64,000 nucleotides of DNA from an uncultured Oscillospiraceae bacterium. GTDB lineage: Bacteria > Bacillota > Clostridia > Oscillospirales > Ruminococcaceae. The stretch is taken from positions 5,783 through 69,782 of the forward strand of contig CAYJIK010000001.1 of NCBI GenBank assembly GCA_964370205.1. The letters are read 5' to 3'. A program made the position numbers and the translations under genes. Below the pieces are notes generated by a model. It did not search any database and had not been told where the DNA came from. It saw only the letters and a program-made list of their open reading frames with translations. Every line of letters starts with the position of its first letter. Positions within the stretch are counted from its first letter, which is position 1. Below, in pieces: positions 37,480 to 47,966 of this stretch.

Positions 37480-38466
37480 ATGATAAGTCCAAAAGAGTTA
37501 AGAGATAAGGCGTTTAAAAAGTCGTTCGGTATGGGCTATAAAGCGGACGACGTACATGACTTTTTAGGGAGAGTTGCTGTAGTTCTTGAGGAGCTTATAG
37601 AAGAACGTGATGACTTAGAGCGTAAGCTTGAGGTTCTAGCGGATAAAATAGGCGAGTATCGTGAAGATCAAGAGAGTTTACGAAGTGCTCTGCTTGGCGC
37701 ACAAAAGTTGGGGGACTCTGTTATTAGAGAGTCTAAGACAAAAGCCGAGATTATTATGCGTGATGCGAATATCAAGGCGGAAGTTATGATTGATAACGCA
37801 AAGCGTCAACTTGAAAAGGAACAGCAGGCGTTTGACCTTCTTCAGACACAGGTGCGTGAATTTAAGAGCGACCTGTTAAAACTGTACCGTCAGCATATAG
37901 AAACCGTCACCACAATCCCCGGAGAAACTGAAGAGCTTACGGCAATAGAAAGCACCTCAGGTAAGCAGTTAACAGGTGAACCGATGGAGAAGCTACAGCC
38001 CGAACCAAAAGCTGAACCTGTCGCCGAGCCTACTGCTCCAATGGTTGAGACAGTAACAGAAACTGTCAGAGAACAGCCTAAACCGCAGCCTGCTCCCGAG
38101 CCACCTGTACAGCAGTTTGTCCCCGACCCGACAGACACACGCCCACTATCAGAACAGCTACTCGGCAGAAGTGGAGAAAGCAAGCCACTGGTGGACGGTT
38201 GGCCGATAACTACCGAGGAAACCGAACAGCCTATCAAAACGCTTGAGGAATCAGTAGAGGACAACATTGAGGACATCATCGAAGATGAGCTCGTGTTTGG
38301 ACAGATGCCTTCACTCATTCCTAAGTCTACCCCTGAAACTGCAGAAGAAAGCGAACCGTACACCGAAGCCCCCGAGGACCCCACACCACCTAAGTTTTCA
38401 TCACTTAAATTCGGTGAGGCATTCTCCATGAGCCAAGGGGACGGAGTTAGCGGCAAACCAAAATAG
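37480..38466 (+). CDS. divIVA: DivIVA-domain protein with a Pro/Glu-rich C-terminal extension
   Basis: ISPKELRDKAFKKSFGMGYKADDVHDFLGRV is a typical DivIVA N-terminus, followed by a coiled coil. GTG 37438 is an alternative start. Confidence 0.8.
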   Translation: MISPKELRDKAFKKSFGMGYKADDVHDFLGRVAVVLEELIEERDDLERKLEVLADKIGEYREDQESLRSALLGAQKLGDSVIRESKTKAEIIMRDANIKAEVMIDNAKRQLEKEQQAFDLLQTQVREFKSDLLKLYRQHIETVTTIPGETEELTAIESTSGKQLTGEPMEKLQPEPKAEPVAEPTAPMVETVTETVREQPKPQPAPEPPVQQFVPDPTDTRPLSEQLLGRSGESKPLVDGWPITTEETEQPIKTLEESVEDNIEDIIEDELVFGQMPSLIPKSTPETAEESEPYTEAPEDPTPPKFSSLKFGEAFSMSQGDGVSGKPK

Positions 38467-38480
38467 AGATAAGAGTAACA

Positions 38481-38509
38481 AAAGCGACTGCATTTATTGT
38501 CGTCGCTTT
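38481..38509 (+). terminator. Terminator-like hairpin, copy 1 of a 29 nt direct repeat
   Basis: AAAGCGAC-13 nt-GTCGCTTT. It matches 38657-38685 at 27/29 positions. Confidence 0.55.
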
Positions 38510-38656
38510 AAACTATCACAAAGCCTCGCAGAATGAAAGTCCTTTTTATTCCTTCGGAGGGAATGGGGGCTTGGGGGCAAACCGTCAGGGTTTATCCCCC
38601 ATTCAGATAACCCCGCCGTGCGGGGCTTTAGCTTGTCAAAATTTTTTCGACAAGTT

Positions 38657-38687
38657 AAAGCGACTGCATTGATTATCGTCGCTTTTT
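38657..38687 (+). terminator. Terminator-like hairpin, copy 2 of the 29 nt direct repeat (with TTTTT tail)
   Basis: AAAGCGAC-13 nt-GTCGCTTTTT. Confidence 0.6.
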
Positions 38688-38699
38688 ACAACTTATATT

Positions 38700-38848
38700 G
38701 TCAGTTAACTTAAAAACCATAACGTCTTGCCGCCACAAAAGCCATCAACAACGTTTATGTGGGTTAAGCACGCAAAGTGTTTCTCTTTTGCGAACGTTTG
38801 TCAGCGTTTCTACACGGTAATTTAGTGACGGTTTTTAAGTTAGTTGAC
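38700..38848 (+). repeat. 149 nt segment closed by a ~19 bp inverted repeat in the ileS leader
   Basis: GTCAGTTAACTTAAAAACC (38700-38718) pairs with GGTTTTTAAGTTAGTTGAC (38830-38848), including two G-U pairs. The segment ends 33 nt before the ileS ATG. Confidence 0.7.
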
Positions 38849-38881
38849 TATTAATTAGCAAACGAATGGAGTTTTACTAAA

Positions 38882-41662
38882 ATGGATTATAACAAGACGC
38901 TCAATCTCCCGAACACCGACTTCCCGATGAGAGCTTCACTGCCTCAGAGAGAACCGTCAGCGGTGGCAAAGTGGGAAAGTGAAGAACTATACAAAAAAAT
39001 ACTGGCAAGAACAAAAGGCCAGCCGCTGTACACGCTACACGACGGCCCTCCATACGCAAACGGTGACATCCACTGCGGAACAGCGCTAAACAAGACGCTC
39101 AAGGACATGGTAGTCCGCTCCCGAAACATGATGGGCTTTCACTCGGTGTATATACCGGGGTGGGACACCCACGGTCTGCCTATCGAACTTAAAGCGATGA
39201 AGGACGTCATCAACCGCACAGAGATAACCCCTGTCGAGATCCGCAACATTTGTAAGGACTATGCCCTGCACTATGTCGAAAACCAGAAGGGACAGTTTAA
39301 GCGTCTGGGCGTTCTTGGCGACTATGACAACGCCTATGTGACACTTACCCCGAACTTCGAAGCAAAGCAGGTAGAGATATTCGGCGAGATGGCAAAGAAG
39401 GGATATATCTACAAGGGGCTGAAGCCTGTTCACTGGTGTCCCTCCTGTACAACAGCACTTGCTGAAGCAGAAATCGAGTACGCCGAGGACATCTGCGAGT
39501 CGCTATACGTGAAATTCTACGTTAATGATGACAAAGGTGTGCTGTCTGCACACGGTATAGCTCCCGAGAAAGCATCTATTGTCATCTGGACAACCACCAC
39601 ATGGACACTCCCCGGTAACATGGCTATAAGCCTACGTGCCGATGCGGACTATTCCGTTATCTCCGCAAACGGCGAATACTACATCATCGCAACAGACAGA
39701 GTAGAGCCAACCTTAGAGGTAGCATCTATAACCGACTTCAGCGAAGTCTGCAAACTAAAGGGCGCAGAGCTTGAGTACGTGACCTGTCAGCACCCGTTCC
39801 TTGACCGCAATTCGCTGGTAATAGTCGGCGACCATGTAACGATGGACAGCGGTACAGGTGCGGTTCACACAGCACCCGGTCACGGTGTCGAAGACTTTGA
39901 GGTCAGCAAGCAATATGACCTTGAGATAGTCGTGCCTGTTGATAACGACGGCAAGATGACGTCGCTCGCAGGCGAGTTTGCCGGACTGACTACCGACAAA
40001 GCTAATAAGGCTATAAAAGCTAAACTAATAGAAACAGGACACTTCTTTGCAGAGTTCACATTTGCCCACCAGTACCCACACTGTTGGAGGTGTAAATCTG
40101 CTGTACTGTTCCGTGCGACAGAGCAGTGGTTCTGCTCGATAGACCCGATTAAAGCGACCGCTATCGCCGAGGTGAACAAGGTGGAGTGGATACCCGGTTG
40201 GGGCAAAGAGCGCATGACCGGTATGGTGTCCGACCGCAAGGACTGGTGTATATCACGCCAGCGCCTGTGGGGTGTGCCGATCCCGATGTTCTACTGCAAG
40301 AGTTGTGGAGAAGCGGTTATAAACGACGAAACCATAAAGGCTGTAACGTCACTGTTTGCAGAAAAAGGCTCAAATGCGTGGTACGAAATGTCAGCAAACG
40401 ACATCCTTCCAAACGGCTTTACCTGCCCACACTGTAGTGGTACTGACTTTAACAAAGAGTCTGACATCATGGACGTCTGGTTTGACTCAGGCGTAACGCA
40501 CGCAGTTGTGTTGGAAGGTCGTGACGATGTAAACTACCCCTGTGACCTATACCTTGAAGGAAGTGACCAGTTCAGAGGTTGGTTCCAGTCGTCGCTACTG
40601 ACTTCGGTGGCGTATAAGGGCGTTGCGCCGTATAAAGCGGTTTGCATGAACGGCTGGGTGGTTGACGGCGAAGGAAAGCAGATGCATAAGTCTCTTGGCA
40701 ACTCGATACTTGCTACCGATATAATGGACCAGTACGGCGCTGACATATTGAGGTTGTGGGTTGCATCCTCCGACTACCACACCGACATCAGAATTTCTCA
40801 CGACATGTTAAAGCAGCTTTCCGAAGTCTACCGCAAGATCCGTAACACTGCAAGGTTTATCCTCGGTAACCTAGACGGCTTTAATCCCGACTCGGATAGT
40901 GTACCGCTGGAGAAGCTAAACCCACTTGATCTGTGGGCGGTACGACAGACGGACGCCCTCATCAACAAGGCATGGGAAGCATATGAAAAACTTGAGTTCC
41001 ACCAGCTTTACCATGCAATAAATAACTTCTGCACCGTAGACATGTCCAACTTCTACCTCGACGTTATAAAGGACAGACTATATATAGAAAGCACAAAAAG
41101 TGAAGCACGCCGTGCCGCACAGACCACCCTTCACTACATCCTCAAGAATTTGACGCTAATACTAGCGCCTATGATCCCATTCACGGCGGAAGAGATCTGG
41201 AGCTACCTACCAAGCGAAAAAACCCAGGAAACATCGTCTGTAATGCTAAATGACTTTACAGATAAATCGACCTATTTCGACTCTAATGAAGCCACAAATT
41301 TCATGTTTACATGGAATATAATACTTGCTCTCAGAGATAAAGTGAACAAAGAGCTTGAAGAAAAGCGTGCCGCAAAGGTCATAGGCAAGGCACTTGAGGC
41401 TAAGGTTAAGCTAACTGCCCCCAAACAGTTTATGGAGACTGTTTATAGATTTGGCGAAAAAATGTTAAAAACAGTGTTGATGGTCTCCGAACTGATACCT
41501 GAGACTGTAGGCGACCTAGGCTATGATGTGGCGATTGAAGTCACACGTTCGGAGCTGGCTAAGTGCGAGCGTTGTTGGACACATGACGCTTCAGTCGGCA
41601 AAAATACCGAACATCCGACAATCTGCGAACGTTGTGCAGATGTGGTAAAAGAACTATGCTAA
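38882..41662 (+). CDS. ileS: Isoleucine--tRNA ligase
   Basis: [11 protein letters not shown] (HIGH region), KMHKSLGN (KMSKS), and C-terminal zinc-binding cysteines CERCW...CERC. 926 aa. Confidence 0.97.
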   Translation: MDYNKTLNLPNTDFPMRASLPQREPSAVAKWESEELYKKILARTKGQPLYTLHDGPPYANGDIHCGTALNKTLKDMVVRSRNMMGFHSVYIPGWDTHGLPIELKAMKDVINRTEITPVEIRNICKDYALHYVENQKGQFKRLGVLGDYDNAYVTLTPNFEAKQVEIFGEMAKKGYIYKGLKPVHWCPSCTTALAEAEIEYAEDICESLYVKFYVNDDKGVLSAHGIAPEKASIVIWTTTTWTLPGNMAISLRADADYSVISANGEYYIIATDRVEPTLEVASITDFSEVCKLKGAELEYVTCQHPFLDRNSLVIVGDHVTMDSGTGAVHTAPGHGVEDFEVSKQYDLEIVVPVDNDGKMTSLAGEFAGLTTDKANKAIKAKLIETGHFFAEFTFAHQYPHCWRCKSAVLFRATEQWFCSIDPIKATAIAEVNKVEWIPGWGKERMTGMVSDRKDWCISRQRLWGVPIPMFYCKSCGEAVINDETIKAVTSLFAEKGSNAWYEMSANDILPNGFTCPHCSGTDFNKESDIMDVWFDSGVTHAVVLEGRDDVNYPCDLYLEGSDQFRGWFQSSLLTSVAYKGVAPYKAVCMNGWVVDGEGKQMHKSLGNSILATDIMDQYGADILRLWVASSDYHTDIRISHDMLKQLSEVYRKIRNTARFILGNLDGFNPDSDSVPLEKLNPLDLWAVRQTDALINKAWEAYEKLEFHQLYHAINNFCTVDMSNFYLDVIKDRLYIESTKSEARRAAQTTLHYILKNLTLILAPMIPFTAEEIWSYLPSEKTQETSSVMLNDFTDKSTYFDSNEATNFMFTWNIILALRDKVNKELEEKRAAKVIGKALEAKVKLTAPKQFMETVYRFGEKMLKTVLMVSELIPETVGDLGYDVAIEVTRSELAKCERCWTHDASVGKNTEHPTICERCADVVKELC

Positions 41663-42126
41663 AAAAGCTCATGTATTTTACCCTCGCCGCTGTAATGGTT
41701 GTCGTCGATCAGCTTATTAAATTATGGGCACTGGCGACACTACCGGGGCGTGACTCCATTGTAGTTATCCCCGGGCTGTTAAAGCTTACCTATGTCGAGA
41801 ACAGAGGGATGGCGTTTGGAATGTTATGGGGGGCTACAGATATCCTTCTGATCGTGACGGGCATTGTCCTTTGCGTGATAGTCTACCTGCTAGCCACAGA
41901 CAAATTCCCCTCAACGTTTGCCTCAATCTGTTTAACCGCTATACTCAGCGGCGGTATAGGCAACTTTATCGACCGACTTTTCAGAGGCTTTGTAGTGGAT
42001 TACCTCGACATAAGCGACCTGTTCTCCTTCGCAGTGTTTAATTTGGCGGACAGCTTGCTTGTAGTGGGCGCATTTGCGCTGGGGGCATACGTTTTATTTT
42101 TCGAGGGTAAGGAGAAAAAATCTTGA
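41656..42126 (+). CDS. lspA: Lipoprotein signal peptidase II
   Basis: Motifs [16 protein letters not shown] and FNLADS. The ileS-lspA arrangement is conserved, and the gene overlaps the ileS 3' end. Confidence 0.85.
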   Translation: MLKKLMYFTLAAVMVVVDQLIKLWALATLPGRDSIVVIPGLLKLTYVENRGMAFGMLWGATDILLIVTGIVLCVIVYLLATDKFPSTFASICLTAILSGGIGNFIDRLFRGFVVDYLDISDLFSFAVFNLADSLLVVGAFALGAYVLFFEGKEKKS

Positions 42127-43043
42127 GAGAGTTTTGCTTAACGGCTGAAGAAAACGATGTGAACAGTAGGCTAGACAAGTTTATCTCACAGCGTGTTACA
42201 GAGTTTTCACGTAGCTTTATTGTCGGACTACTTGAAGCGGACAAGGTGAGTTGTAACGGCAAGACTGTTTCGAAAAGCCACCGACTAAAGCAGGGCGATG
42301 TCGTAACATTTAACGTGGAGGAACCATCTCTTTCTGAGGTGGTTCCTCAGAATATACCGCTCAATGTCGTCTATGAGGATAACTACCTCCTCGTCGTGGA
42401 CAAGCCACGAGGCATGGTAGTACACCCCGGAGCGGGCAACAGTGACGGTACCCTTGTAAATGCACTGCTCTACCACTGTAAAGAATCGCTTTCAGGGATA
42501 GGCGGTGTTATACGCCCGGGTATTGTCCACAGGATAGACAAGGACACTTCGGGACTGCTTGTAGTGGCAAAAAACGACGAAGTACACCTTGCGCTCTCCC
42601 GCCAACTGGAAAACCACAGCATGAACAGAGAGTATATGGCGGTTATTCACGGACGGCTCAAAGAGCACATTGGCAGTATTTCCGCACCGATAGGCCGTCA
42701 CCCTAACGATAGAAAAAAGATGGCAGTAACCGAGAAAAGTTCACGTCATGCGGTGACCCACTGGGAGGTTTTAGAGGAATACCGAGAATTTTCACTCGTA
42801 AAACTTAAACTGGAAACAGGAAGGACCCATCAGATACGTGTCCACATGGCGTTTCTAAACCGCCCCGTGGCAGGGGATGACGTATACGGCCCGAAAAAGA
42901 GCAGTGTGCCGTTTCACGGGCAGTGTCTACATGCGGCGACACTCGGCTTTATCCACCCGATTACAGGAGAACGCTTGGAGTTCACGTCAGAACTTCCGGA
43001 CTTTTTCGTAAAATTTATAGAGCTGCTTAGGAGAAAAACTTAA
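42123..43043 (+). CDS. rluD: 23S rRNA pseudouridine synthase, RluD/RluA family
   Basis: N-terminal S4 domain, catalytic motif HRIDKDTSGLLV, and GRTHQIRVH. Confidence 0.9.
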   Translation: MREFCLTAEENDVNSRLDKFISQRVTEFSRSFIVGLLEADKVSCNGKTVSKSHRLKQGDVVTFNVEEPSLSEVVPQNIPLNVVYEDNYLLVVDKPRGMVVHPGAGNSDGTLVNALLYHCKESLSGIGGVIRPGIVHRIDKDTSGLLVVAKNDEVHLALSRQLENHSMNREYMAVIHGRLKEHIGSISAPIGRHPNDRKKMAVTEKSSRHAVTHWEVLEEYREFSLVKLKLETGRTHQIRVHMAFLNRPVAGDDVYGPKKSSVPFHGQCLHAATLGFIHPITGERLEFTSELPDFFVKFIELLRRKT

Positions 43044-43069
43044 TATTAAAATGTAGAGGGGGAGAGTAT

Positions 43070-43411
43070 ATGAAAATTACAGTAGAGCGCACCATGCTTT
43101 ACAGCTGTATACTGCTCACCCTCTTACTTATTGCCGTCGTTGTAGCGGACAGCGGTATTATCCGCAAAACCACCCTTACAGTTAACGGCGTGGAATTCGC
43201 CGCCGCTACAGTCCACGACGGAAGCATAAACATAAACACCGCTACCAAAGAGGAGCTAATGCTACTACCGGGGATAGGTGAGTCGAGAGCGACAGACATT
43301 ATCGCCCACCGAGAGCAGCACGGCGACTTTAAAACAAAAGAGAGCCTCAAAGACGTAAACGGTATAGGAGACGGTATACTTGAAGACATCTACAACATGA
43401 TATCCGTCTAA
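43070..43411 (+). CDS. ComEA-family helix-hairpin-helix DNA-binding protein
   Basis: N-terminal TM helix followed by INTATKEELMLLPGIGESRATDIIAHREQHGDFKTKESLKDVNGIG. Confidence 0.75.
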   Translation: MKITVERTMLYSCILLTLLLIAVVVADSGIIRKTTLTVNGVEFAAATVHDGSININTATKEELMLLPGIGESRATDIIAHREQHGDFKTKESLKDVNGIGDGILEDIYNMISV

Positions 43412-43491
43412 ACAGATAACCCACTAAATTTGTACATGCTATTATATTTCGTAACACGGTGACATACTGTAGTAGTGGAGGTGTTACGAGA

Positions 43492-44223
43492 ATGAAAACA
43501 GTAAAGCTTAATAATAGCCGCATAACGATATTGTCACTGGTGTCGCTTGCGGTTATCGCCATAGCATTTTTGATGTCGGGACTGTCAAAGGCGCACATGG
43601 TGTTATCCACATACGACCCAACCGTCCCCACCGTTATAATAGACGCAGGCCACGGCGGTTTTGACGCCGGAGCAACAGGAGTGGACGGTATACTCGAAAA
43701 GGACATAAACCTTGAAATAGCGCTAAAACTGGAGCAGATTTTGACGCTAAACGGCTGGAACGTAATAATGACCCGCACCACCGACACCGACACGTCAGCA
43801 GGTTACCTCGGTGAAGGCTCCCAGAAGGTGAAAGATATCAGGTCACGCCTTGACTTGACAGTCCAAAACCCACATGCGGTGTTGGTAAGTATCCACCAGA
43901 ACAAGTACCCAATCGAAAGCATCTGGGGCGCACAGGTGTTCTACGGTCCAAAAAATGAAGCAAGTGAAGACATAGCAGAGATAGTTCAAAGCAACCTCAT
44001 AGAGCTACTTCAGCCACAAAACGACCGTGAAATCAAAAGAGGAAACACAAATCACTACCTCCTCTACAACTCCGAAGTTCCGACCGTGATGGTTGAGTGC
44101 GGTTTCATCTCCAACCACACCGAAGCGGACAAACTAACCACTCCCGAATATCAGCAAGAGGTAGCATTTATACTATTCAGCTCACTGCTTGAATATTTCG
44201 GCAGTAATAGCAGTAATGTTTAG
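43492..44223 (+). CDS. cwlD: N-acetylmuramoyl-L-alanine amidase (Amidase_3, CwlD-like)
   Basis: SD GGAGGTG. Motifs VIIDAGHGGFDAG, SIHQN and VECGFISN, with a single N-terminal TM helix as in CwlD. Confidence 0.7.
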   Translation: MKTVKLNNSRITILSLVSLAVIAIAFLMSGLSKAHMVLSTYDPTVPTVIIDAGHGGFDAGATGVDGILEKDINLEIALKLEQILTLNGWNVIMTRTTDTDTSAGYLGEGSQKVKDIRSRLDLTVQNPHAVLVSIHQNKYPIESIWGAQVFYGPKNEASEDIAEIVQSNLIELLQPQNDREIKRGNTNHYLLYNSEVPTVMVECGFISNHTEADKLTTPEYQQEVAFILFSSLLEYFGSNSSNV

Positions 44224-44283
44224 TGCTAATCAAAATGCAACTTAAGCAGAATCATTGATTCTTAGTTTTTTATAACGGTAAGG

Positions 44284-44703
44284 GTGACTATGAAGATAAC
44301 ATTTAAAAATGAAGTACCGGAAGAACTGCTAAAAACAGCTGAAAGCGAACATGTTAAATACGAAAGCGCACATAATGTCGTGTGCGGTTATACCCCGTTT
44401 TATTTCACCGCCACTTCAGACGAGAACTTTTGTGGGCTTATAAGCGGTTACACTTGTTATGCAGAAGTTTACATTGATGATATAGTTGTATTTTCTGAGT
44501 ACCGAAATCAAGGTATTGGTAGAGGGCTGCTAAAATCAGTGGAAGATCACTTTAAGGGTGGTGGACTTAACAATATAAACCTAGTGACTAACGGCTTTCA
44601 AGCTCCGAAGTTTTACGAAAAATGTGGCTTCACCTTAGAGTACGTAAGGGAAAACAAGCAAAACCCTTTGCTCTCAAAGTATTTCTATGTAAAGTTCTTC
44701 TAA
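44284..44703 (+). CDS. GNAT-family N-acetyltransferase
   Basis: The acetyl-CoA binding motif is YRNQGIGRGLL. The gene is visibly AT-rich relative to its neighbours. Confidence 0.7.
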   Translation: MTMKITFKNEVPEELLKTAESEHVKYESAHNVVCGYTPFYFTATSDENFCGLISGYTCYAEVYIDDIVVFSEYRNQGIGRGLLKSVEDHFKGGGLNNINLVTNGFQAPKFYEKCGFTLEYVRENKQNPLLSKYFYVKFF

Positions 44704-44850
44704 ACTAGTCTTTATAAAGTTAAGCAAAAGACTTTCCCCACATTAGCAGTAGGATATCCATACCAAATTGAGATAGCAATAAACGAAAGGAAACGCACTC
44801 ACCGTTCATCCGCCTAAGACGGTTTTAAAGCGTGAGTGCAAAGACAAAAC

Positions 44851-46209
44851 ATGGCTAAACAAAGGCAGTTTTATGTGTGTGCCGAGTGCGGACATAGGGC
44901 GTCGGGTTGGATGGGACAGTGTCCGATGTGCAAGCAGTGGAACACAATGGAGGAGGAAGTTGAACAGCCGACTGCAAAGGTCGGGACAAGGCTATCCCCT
45001 CGTAATATAGTAGTAACCTCCATCGACAGAGTGGAAGCAGATGAAGAGATAAGATATAAGACGAGTGTTGGCGAGATGGACAGGGTACTGGGCGGTGGAA
45101 TTGTCCCCGGCTCTGCTATGCTGATAAGCGGTGACCCGGGTATAGGTAAGTCCACTATTCTGCTACAGATATGTAAACCGCTCTGCGAGAGTATACGAGT
45201 GCTGTACATATCGGGGGAGGAGAGCGCTCGTCAGATAAAGCTCAGAGCATTACGTCTGGGCGTTGAAAGCTCGGAACTCTATATATGCACCTCCACCGAC
45301 ATGGACGAAATCGAACTGGCAATAGACGAAGTTTCCCCCGGCCTTGTAATTGTGGACTCCATTCAGACCATGACCAGTGAAACGTCAAACTCGGCAGCAG
45401 GGAGTGTCAGCCAGATACGTGAATGCTCTACACGTATTATACGGGTTGCCAAGACTAAGGAGATACCGATTTTCCTCGTAGGCCACGTCAACAAAGACGG
45501 TGGAGTAGCAGGTCCAAAGGTGCTTGAGCATATGGTGGACGTAGTACTCTACTTTGAAGGGGAGCGGCACATGCCGTACCGCATACTGCGAGCGGTAAAG
45601 AATCGCTACGGCTCCACTAACGAGATTGGTGTGTTCGAGATGGGGGAGAGCGGCCTTACAGAAGTGCCTAATCCGTCAATGATGTTACTTTCAGGTCGTG
45701 CTAACGGTAGCCCGGGCAGTGCTGTCACCTGTATTATGGAGGGAAGCCGTCCGATACTGGCAGAAATTCAAGCGCTTATCGCAAAGAGTGTCTACGCTGT
45801 TCCAAAGAGAACCTCCACCGGTGTTGACTACAATAGGGTAGCAATGTTGCTAGCGGTTATTGAAAAGCGTGCTGACTACTTTCTGAGCAATATGGACAGC
45901 TTCATAAACGTTGTCGGAGGACTTAGACTGGACGACACCTCCGCCGACCTTGCTGTCTGCGGTGCGATTATCTCGAGCATCACAGGTAAGGTGGTAGGGG
46001 AGTCACGTCTGCTGTTTGGTGAAGTGGGGCTTTCGGGGGAGCTTAGAGGGATAGGTCATGTGCAACAAAGGGTGTCCGAGGCTGTACGTCTTGGCTTTAC
46101 CGAGATTATAATGCCTAAGATGTCGCTCAAAAACGTGTCCGACTCACTTAAGCAGGAGGCTACGCTTATAGGTATTTCATCAGTCAAGGAACTTTACTCC
46201 GTCCTTTAG
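44851..46209 (+). CDS. radA: DNA repair protein RadA/Sms
   Basis: N-terminal zinc finger CAECGH..CPMC, Walker A GDPGIGKST, KNRYG motif, and a Lon-like C-terminal domain. Confidence 0.93.
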   Translation: MAKQRQFYVCAECGHRASGWMGQCPMCKQWNTMEEEVEQPTAKVGTRLSPRNIVVTSIDRVEADEEIRYKTSVGEMDRVLGGGIVPGSAMLISGDPGIGKSTILLQICKPLCESIRVLYISGEESARQIKLRALRLGVESSELYICTSTDMDEIELAIDEVSPGLVIVDSIQTMTSETSNSAAGSVSQIRECSTRIIRVAKTKEIPIFLVGHVNKDGGVAGPKVLEHMVDVVLYFEGERHMPYRILRAVKNRYGSTNEIGVFEMGESGLTEVPNPSMMLLSGRANGSPGSAVTCIMEGSRPILAEIQALIAKSVYAVPKRTSTGVDYNRVAMLLAVIEKRADYFLSNMDSFINVVGGLRLDDTSADLAVCGAIISSITGKVVGESRLLFGEVGLSGELRGIGHVQQRVSEAVRLGFTEIIMPKMSLKNVSDSLKQEATLIGISSVKELYSVL

Positions 46210-46386
46210 TGGCACGTCCGAGTGTACCCCTTGAAAGAAGAGACAGTTCTCGTTTAATACATTTGTAACCACCGAGTGTGGACTTGCTTCACAGTAGCCA
46301 TTCTTCTGATTCTTACAAGGACGTGAACAGGCCACCATACTAAAATTACCACTATCTTTACCGTTTTTGCTTCTATTGTTATCCAT
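46180..46386 (-). CDS. Small Cys-containing hypothetical protein
   Basis: MDNNRSKNGKDSGNFSMVACSRPCKNQKNGYCEASPHSVVTNVLNENCLFFQG. The C..PC.NQ.NG.C...(20)...C pattern recalls a small protein family I believe occurs in Clostridia. The SD is weak, and the 3' end overlaps radA by 30 nt. Confidence 0.35.
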   Translation of the reverse strand: MDNNRSKNGKDSGNFSMVACSRPCKNQKNGYCEASPHSVVTNVLNENCLFFQGVHSDVPLKDGVKFLD

Positions 46387-46706
46387 AATACTACCGCCTA
46401 ACATTTTTTCTGCACTGTTAAGTTTAAACGTCCGAAGGGTTTAAAGCGTTTAACACAACTTAACATGCCTTTGTTCTCGTTATATTTTTACTGTTTTGCG
46501 GTGCTGTTATACATGTAATATTTGTTTAATTGTTTGTGTTTCTCTTAGCTTTTTGGGATAATCGGACAGGTTGTTGGGAATTTCGAGACAAACGGTTTAC
46601 ACAGGCTTTCTCAAAGCAAGCCCACACTGACGAGCTAGGATGTTAAAACGTTTTCTCTTTTGCTTCTGATGGCTAATATATAAAAAAGAAAGGATTGGTA
46701 ATTACT

Positions 46707-47768
46707 ATGACAACTAGGCGAGAAAAGGTAGCAGGGGCTATGAAAAAGGCCGGTTATGACGCTCTACTGCTCACAGGAGGCAAGGAACTGGGGTATGTCA
46801 CCGGGTTTGGCGCAGGGTGTGCACTGCTTTTGAGCGATGGCAAAGGTTGGTTTTTCAGCGGTTCTGTGAACTACGAACAGGCAAAGATAGCCACCGAAGC
46901 TAACGGCTACACCTGCGTTAACGAGCGGAGCCCCTGCCCGACAATGATGGGGGATATCGTAAAAGAACATGGTGTGAAAAGTATAGCCTATCTCGATGCG
47001 TATATGACGCACAGCAGATTTTTAAGCTTTGAGGCGCTATTTGGCTTTGAGCCTGTACCGCTGGGTCGCCCTAACTTCCTACTGGATATTATGGCTGTCA
47101 AAGACGAGCGTGAGATAGCGGACATTAAAGCTGCACAGCTTATAACGGACAAAGTATTCACCGAGATACTGCCGATGATACAAGTAGGGGTGTCCGAGTT
47201 GGACATTGCTATCGAGATTGACTGCCGTATGCGTAGGTATGGCTCTATCCGCCCTGCGTTTGGGACAATTGTGCTGAGCGGCCCTGCGTCTGCGCTACCG
47301 CACGGTGAGCCGTCAGGCAAAAAGTTTCAGGCGGGTGAGTTTATCAAGATGGACTACGGCTCTGTAGTAGGCGAGGGAGCATCGGACATGACCCGTACCG
47401 TTGTTATAGACAGCATCACCGATGAAATGAAGAAGATCTACAATATAGTACTGGACGCTCAACTTGCTTCCATTGAAAAGCTGGCTGAAGGCGTTACAGG
47501 TCACGAGGTGCATATGGCATCTTTTGACGTTATAGACAAAGCAGGCTACGGCGACAAGTACATCCACAGCGTAGGACACAGTATCGGAGTTGGCTACGGC
47601 GCCATGAAGGGCAGTATGGACGTATTCAAGACCGGCATAGTCGAAACGATAGAGCCTGGCATTTACATACAAGGTTTCGGCGGAGTGCGCATCGAGGACA
47701 TGATTTGGCTGAGTAGCGAAGGCAAGGTAAATCTCACAAAGTCACCTAAGGAACTGCTGGTGCTGTAG
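46707..47768 (+). CDS. M24-family Xaa-Pro aminopeptidase
   Basis: Creatinase-like N-terminal domain. Metal ligand contexts are DYGSVV, HSVGHSIG and EPGIY...GGVRIED. Confidence 0.85.
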   Translation: MTTRREKVAGAMKKAGYDALLLTGGKELGYVTGFGAGCALLLSDGKGWFFSGSVNYEQAKIATEANGYTCVNERSPCPTMMGDIVKEHGVKSIAYLDAYMTHSRFLSFEALFGFEPVPLGRPNFLLDIMAVKDEREIADIKAAQLITDKVFTEILPMIQVGVSELDIAIEIDCRMRRYGSIRPAFGTIVLSGPASALPHGEPSGKKFQAGEFIKMDYGSVVGEGASDMTRTVVIDSITDEMKKIYNIVLDAQLASIEKLAEGVTGHEVHMASFDVIDKAGYGDKYIHSVGHSIGVGYGAMKGSMDVFKTGIVETIEPGIYIQGFGGVRIEDMIWLSSEGKVNLTKSPKELLVL

Positions 47769-47801
47769 TTTATGGTATCTAACTCGATATTGCATACAAG
47801 T

Positions 47802-47840
47802 AAAAAAGAAGCTGTCACCGATGTGACAGCTTCTTTTTTT
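47802..47840. terminator. Bidirectional rho-independent terminator
   Basis: The A-tract, GAAGCTGTCAC (47808-47818), loop CGAT, GTGACAGCTTC (47823-47833) and T-tract lie between convergent genes. Confidence 0.8.
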
Positions 47841-47966
47841 GCGTATTGCGTTTGTGCTACCTACGAAAACACAAATTATTTCCATTGTTTCATCACCGCC
47901 ATGATGACTGTCAGTGTAGCAGTAGTAACATCTGTCCCTACACTTTCCCCAATCAAACGTTTTCTG

